From: an uncultured virus (IMG/VR IMGVR_UViG_3300032086_001957)
Lineage: Duplodnaviria; Heunggongvirae; Uroviricota; Caudoviricetes
Reading direction: 5' to 3' (one strand)
Virus record (IMG/VR): IMGVR_UViG_3300032086_001957
Length of the DNA: 20,000 nt
In this document: one piece after another, positions 16,108 through 20,000 of the stretch
How positions within the stretch are numbered: the first letter of the stretch is position 1
Layout of the letters: every line of letters starts with the position of its first letter
Translations under genes and position numbers: made by a program
The notes under the pieces: model-generated
Seen by the model: only the letters and a program-made list of their open reading frames with translations
Database searches by the model: none
What the model was told of the DNA's origin: nothing

Positions 16108-16482
16108 TTATTTAGTAGTTTCCCACTCTCTATTCAAAATCCACTTAACTATATATTCTGATTGATTATGTCTTAAATTCATTGGAGGCATAGGAATAAC
16201 TCCCCAATTACCAACTCCACCTTCACGCATCTTTCTTGCAAGAACAGGAACAACAATACTTCTATCATCATTCTCATATTTCTTTGCAACATCCTCATAT
16301 GATGGGCCTACTAGTGTTTTGTCAACTGCATGACAAGCTAAACAATTATTGTTTTTTAACATCTTGTAACCTTCATCTGTTGCCCATAAATGTTTGTATG
16401 ACAATAATAAGTTTAACATTACAAGTGTAAACACTATTCTAAATAACCATCTCTCTAATTTACTTCCATAAAATTTTTTCAT
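16108..16482 (-). CDS. Class I monoheme cytochrome c551/c552 (c8 family)
   Basis: N-terminal hydrophobic export segment; CLACH heme motif; VGPSYEDVAKKY; GGVGNWGVIPMPP with axial Met; IVKWIL. Confidence 0.93.
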   Translation of the reverse strand: MKKFYGSKLERWLFRIVFTLVMLNLLLSYKHLWATDEGYKMLKNNNCLACHAVDKTLVGPSYEDVAKKYENDDRSIVVPVLARKMREGGVGNWGVIPMPPMNLRHNQSEYIVKWILNREWETTK

Positions 16483-16724
16483 TGTACTATCCTTAACATT
16501 AATTTAGTATATAAACTTTGTGGTAAATTACTTTGTTTCAACATCTTAAATAGTGTTTCTTTTGATATAGGATGCCACTCATTTAAATATCTAAATTTTA
16601 TCTCATCATCTTCAACTCTCACTCTCAAATGATAGTCATATTGACCTCTAAAGTGATAGTTTTCGATCTCTTGCATTATTACTGTATGTAATCTATATAG
16701 GGTATTTGATTCTTGTGGTGTCAT
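16479..16724 (-). CDS. Hypothetical protein
   Basis: ORF track; SD AAGGAG. Confidence 0.7.
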   Translation of the reverse strand: MTPQESNTLYRLHTVIMQEIENYHFRGQYDYHLRVRVEDDEIKFRYLNEWHPISKETLFKMLKQSNLPQSLYTKLMLRIVQ

Positions 16725-16726
16725 AA

Positions 16727-17455
16727 TTACTCCTTTATATATCCTTTATATGTTCCTCTTTGATATCTATTTTTTCTATATGGTGATAAACAATCATGGT
16801 CGATTCGCATTTGTCTATGTTCCATTTCTGTTACTGTGTGTGAAATAAACTTTACTTTCTTTTCTGTTAAAGGAAATAGATACATTATTGGTTCACCAGC
16901 TTTTAATTTTATGTGAGATTCTCTTTGATTACCCATTGGTATTGGTAATAACATCTGTACATTAGGTGAATGATTGTATTTAAAATCTATAACACCAGGC
17001 AATATTTGAAAATCATAAGAATTGTTATTAATATAATCCCAAGTTGCACCCATCAAAAGAAACTTTATATCATGGTCACATTTAACAAACCAAGGAGAAT
17101 CAATTTTTATATTTCTATGATGATCTTTTAATGTTGGTAATGATTGTAGTCCAAAATCACTATCTAAACTACCTAATTGATGATATGCCTCATCACACAT
17201 CATTCCATCTACTTTATTAATAATATCTAAATCAGTCCATAAAGGAACATAAAAACCTTGTTTATACATTTCTAAATAACCAGAACAGTTTCTAAAACTT
17301 GGTCTTTCTATATTATTATGTACAAGTTTTTTAGGAATATTTTTGAACCAAGAAGGTCTATGATTTATCATAGGTTTTATGTTGAATGTATCCACGACAT
17401 ATTTTGAATACATATAACAATGCACTTCAATTGTTTTATTGAAATTGAACATCAT
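16727..17455 (-). CDS. Conserved T4-like phage hypothetical protein (beta-rich)
   Basis: PSWFK..FRNCSG..GFYVPLWTD..KIDSPW..ILPGVIDF..LKAGEP pattern typical of aquatic myovirus accessory proteins (from memory). Confidence 0.75.
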   Translation of the reverse strand: MMFNFNKTIEVHCYMYSKYVVDTFNIKPMINHRPSWFKNIPKKLVHNNIERPSFRNCSGYLEMYKQGFYVPLWTDLDIINKVDGMMCDEAYHQLGSLDSDFGLQSLPTLKDHHRNIKIDSPWFVKCDHDIKFLLMGATWDYINNNSYDFQILPGVIDFKYNHSPNVQMLLPIPMGNQRESHIKLKAGEPIMYLFPLTEKKVKFISHTVTEMEHRQMRIDHDCLSPYRKNRYQRGTYKGYIKE

Positions 17456-17456
17456 C

Positions 17457-18143
17457 TTATTTCTTTTTCCTAATGTTATATCTTAACGCAACCTCTTTAG
17501 CATAACGACCTTTACCATCTTCTTCCTCATCCCAAATTTTATCTAAAAAATCATAACACGATTGTCTAAAAGATGATGGTATTGATAAAATAAAACTATT
17601 TGTACTATATCTAACACCAGATGTTACTTCTTTCACCTGATGTACCCAAAAATAATCAGCAGGCCATATTATACCTTCACCTTTATTCAATTTAAGATCA
17701 TACTTTCCTTTCCAAAATGAAAACTCTCCACCAGTATAATCATCATTTAAATTAAATGTACAACTACCATAAACATAAGGATCATGATCTGTATGTGGAT
17801 GAATTTTTGTACCAGTTTCATACTTTAACAATCTTAACATATGACTATAAACTAATCTATCTCTCAACGCTGTATGAAACATATCAAAACCATCTAGATA
17901 ATCCAAATATTCATTTATCATGTATTCAGTTTTTTTAAAAACTAAATCTCCAGCTTCTGTGGTTGGTTCTAATATAACTCTTTTGTATGTTGATAATGTA
18001 TTTACATTTGTTGTCGCTTCAGGACATTCCTCATAAACCCAATTTTCTTCCAATTTATCATATTCTTCAATTAAGAAATTACATTCCTCATTTGTAAATA
18101 CATTTTGTTTTCTAAAAATTAATTGTTTCAGTTCAAAGTTCAT
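17457..18143 (-). CDS. Prolyl-4-hydroxylase-type 2OG-Fe(II) oxygenase
   Basis: RLLKY..HPHTD, LNDDYTGGEF, WVHQVKEVTSGVRYS: complete HxD...H...R. Confidence 0.9.
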   Translation of the reverse strand: MNFELKQLIFRKQNVFTNEECNFLIEEYDKLEENWVYEECPEATTNVNTLSTYKRVILEPTTEAGDLVFKKTEYMINEYLDYLDGFDMFHTALRDRLVYSHMLRLLKYETGTKIHPHTDHDPYVYGSCTFNLNDDYTGGEFSFWKGKYDLKLNKGEGIIWPADYFWVHQVKEVTSGVRYSTNSFILSIPSSFRQSCYDFLDKIWDEEEDGKGRYAKEVALRYNIRKKK

Positions 18144-18388
18144 CTTACTACTTTCACTTCACTTTCTGTTTCAATTACAGTTCTTGCACCACAGTTCAGT
18201 ATTTTCTCACCACCTTTTGCATATACAACTTTACTTGGGCCTAGTATTTCGACCTCATGACATTTCTCTAATACTTTACTTTTAGTTCTAACAATAACAA
18301 CAGGTTCAACCTTATAGTTAGGGTCTAACTTTTTCTTTTTGATATTAGTTCTGATTTTGATTGTGTCTACATGGATATATTTTTTCAT
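18140..18388 (-). CDS. Conserved phage hypothetical protein
   Basis: YIHV..CHEVEILGPSKVVY..LNCGARTVIETESEV motif recurrent in T4-like phages (from memory). Confidence 0.8.
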   Translation of the reverse strand: MKKYIHVDTIKIRTNIKKKKLDPNYKVEPVVIVRTKSKVLEKCHEVEILGPSKVVYAKGGEKILNCGARTVIETESEVKVVR

Positions 18389-18396
18389 AAGAGTAA

Positions 18397-18630
18397 TTAT
18401 AACTCATCTCTCATGTTTTTGTCAAGTATTAAAGGTTCTAGTTGCATAATATTTTCACTTTCTATAATGTTAATAATGGTGTTAGTTAGATGAATATCTT
18501 TTTTTAGAAACACCATTTTCATCTGAAGCTCTTCAAGTTGTTTTTGATAGTAATCTAATTCTTTTTCTTTTCGTAGTTTTGTTTCAATAACATCTTTCAG
18601 TAAGATTATTTTTGCATCTTCTTTTTTCAT
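18397..18630 (-). CDS. Coiled-coil phage hypothetical protein
   Basis: ORF track; heptads. Confidence 0.75.
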   Translation of the reverse strand: MKKEDAKIILLKDVIETKLRKEKELDYYQKQLEELQMKMVFLKKDIHLTNTIINIIESENIMQLEPLILDKNMRDEL

Positions 18631-18722
18631 GATTTTCTCACTTGATTTTAATGATTATCACTATGTGATTTTTTTATCTTTCTACTATATATTAGTGTTA
18701 ATAATTATTAAGGAGAAACATT

Positions 18723-18794
18723 ATGTGGAAGTCACCAGAATATACTGAAATGAGATTTGGTTTTGAAGTTACAATGTACATTGCAAACAAGTAA
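18723..18794 (+). CDS. pqqA: Pyrroloquinoline quinone (PQQ) precursor peptide
   Basis: Not in ORF track. MWKSPEYTEMRFGFEVTMYIANK* (23 aa) with the W-x-x-P leader and RFGF-E-V-T-M-Y core (ExxxY); SD AAGGAG at 18710-18715, 7 nt before the ATG; terminator downstream. Confidence 0.96.
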   Translation: MWKSPEYTEMRFGFEVTMYIANK

Positions 18795-18816
18795 ATTTTA
18801 TTTCAAATAGAAAAAG

Positions 18817-18845
18817 AAAAGGGAGTTTTTAGACTCCCTTTTTTT
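18817..18845. terminator. Bidirectional intrinsic terminator between pqqA and the convergent minus-strand operon
   Basis: AAAAGGGAGT-TTTTAG-ACTCCCTTTTTTT: GC stem flanked by A and T tracts. Confidence 0.85.
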
Positions 18846-18847
18846 GT

Positions 18848-18934
18848 TTATAAACAATCTTCAAAATATGGTTTTACCCACATAGTAGATTTATATTTCA
18901 ATTTAAGTTTTATTTTCTCTATTATCTTTTTCAT
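18848..18934 (-). CDS. Possible mini-protein (28 aa)
   Basis: AAGGA upstream; MKKIIEKIKLKLKYKSTMWVKPYFEDCL*; ends right at the terminator. Confidence 0.35.
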   Translation of the reverse strand: MKKIIEKIKLKLKYKSTMWVKPYFEDCL

Positions 18935-19205
18935 CTAATATTTCCTTTTCACATAAATTTAAATATTCTTGCCAGTCATCATTGTATTGTTGTAGTTCAA
19001 ATGTTTTCAATTTGTTTTTATTTATGTGTGCAATAGCTTCTTCAAATTCTAAATTACCATATTTGTAATTTTCTAATGCATACATTCCCTCAACAGGGTC
19101 TGGTGTGTACGGCCCAACTTCAACATTAAGATAGAGAGCTTGCAAATACAATCTTCTGTTATCTCCATATCTCTCTTGTAATATTTCTCTTAATGTATTA
19201 TACAT
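18903..19205 (-). CDS. Hypothetical protein
   Basis: ORF track; ATG immediately after the pstS stop. Confidence 0.7.
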   Translation of the reverse strand: MYNTLREILQERYGDNRRLYLQALYLNVEVGPYTPDPVEGMYALENYKYGNLEFEEAIAHINKNKLKTFELQQYNDDWQEYLNLCEKEILDEKDNRENKT

Positions 19206-20000
19206 TTAAAAATTTATTTTAGTCATTTCATCAAACGCTTCATTTAAATGTTCGCCTGTAAGTGGATGATAATGTAATTCTACTGCGGCTCTACCACCAA
19301 GATTTAAAGCCCATATAAAAAAGTCTAACACTATTTTTGATGTTTCTTTATCCTTTGGTTCTTTATACATGATTATGTATGACTTACCCATAATGATTTT
19401 ATCAGTCTTTGGTACAGGTAAATCATTTTTCATTGCATATGCATTTTCTACATAACCAATTGCACCTCTGATTTTACTCACATATTGTGCAACACCTTCG
19501 TTACCTTTACCACCTACACCAACAGGCCACTTCAATGCTTTACCAACACCAACCTCATCTTTCCAAGATTGACTTAAGTTAGATGCAAATAAAAATGTAG
19601 TTCCAGAACCATCACTTCTATGAATTACTGCAATGTTAGTTTTTGGTAATTTTAAATCAGGATTGAGTTTCTGTATTCTTTCATCATTCCATTTTTTAAT
19701 CTTACCAAGATATATGTCTGATATAGTTTCTATATCAAGATACATTTTAGATACATCAACACCAGGCAAATTAATTGGTGTTACAACTGTTCCAATGATT
19801 ACAGGAAATTGTACTAAACCATATTCGTCTAGTTCTGATTGTTTCATTGGTGCATCAGAAGCTCCAAAATCAACTGTTCCTGCTTTGATTTGTTTGATAC
19901 CACCACCTGAACCAATTGATTGATAATTCAATTTGATACCAGTATTTCTTTCATACATTGTAGCCCACTTTGCATACAATGGATATGGAAATGATGCACC
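19206..20000 (-). CDS. pstS: Phosphate ABC transporter periplasmic binding protein (5' end outside the window)
   Basis: GASFPYPLYAKW (open to the window edge), NYQSIGSGGGIKQ, VDFGASDAP, HRSDGSGTT, GGKGNEGV, GAIGYVE. Confidence 0.96.
   Translation of the reverse strand, partial: GASFPYPLYAKWATMYERNTGIKLNYQSIGSGGGIKQIKAGTVDFGASDAPMKQSELDEYGLVQFPVIIGTVVTPINLPGVDVSKMYLDIETISDIYLGKIKKWNDERIQKLNPDLKLPKTNIAVIHRSDGSGTTFLFASNLSQSWKDEVGVGKALKWPVGVGGKGNEGVAQYVSKIRGAIGYVENAYAMKNDLPVPKTDKIIMGKSYIIMYKEPKDKETSKIVLDFFIWALNLGGRAAVELHYHPLTGEHLNEAFDEMTKINF

Noticed and set aside
18640..18700. Defined promoter for pqqA
   Set aside because: Only weak candidates (CTATATATTA, late-like; TTGATT with no well-spaced -10) in very AT-rich DNA; the timing class cannot be called.
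805..19923. Most plus-strand ORFs in the track (e.g. 1038..1322, 6881..7198, 9370..9735, 14786..15109, 19633..19923)
   Set aside because: They lie antisense to well-supported genes, lack SDs and have atypical composition; treated as shadow ORFs.

Overview
AT-rich, densely packed segment of a T4-like (myovirus) bacteriophage genome, probably aquatic, with almost all genes on the minus strand. The left end carries late baseplate genes: a gp5 hub/spike without a lysozyme domain and a gp5.4-like PAAR protein with a C-terminal extension. The rest is an accessory/early region with a stand-alone gp43 family B DNA polymerase, five 2OG-Fe(II)/cupin oxygenases, many small membrane or secreted ORFs and host-derived metabolic genes (purN, an ErpA/IscA Fe-S carrier, a class I cytochrome c551/c552, pstS). 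The main signal is missing from the ORF track: a 23-codon pqqA (PQQ precursor peptide, MWKSPEYTEMRFGFEVTMYIANK) on the plus strand with its own RBS and terminator. With the nearby cytochrome c it suggests a phage module supporting PQQ-dependent periplasmic alcohol/methanol oxidation in a proteobacterial, possibly methylotrophic, host (inference). Regulatory signals include three promoters with an IHF-like box at identical spacing, a gp5 hairpin combining terminator, RBS occlusion and late promoter, a probably leaderless gp43 mRNA, a structured non-coding RNA candidate and apparent GGWCC avoidance. All family assignments come from recognising motifs by eye; no database searches were run.
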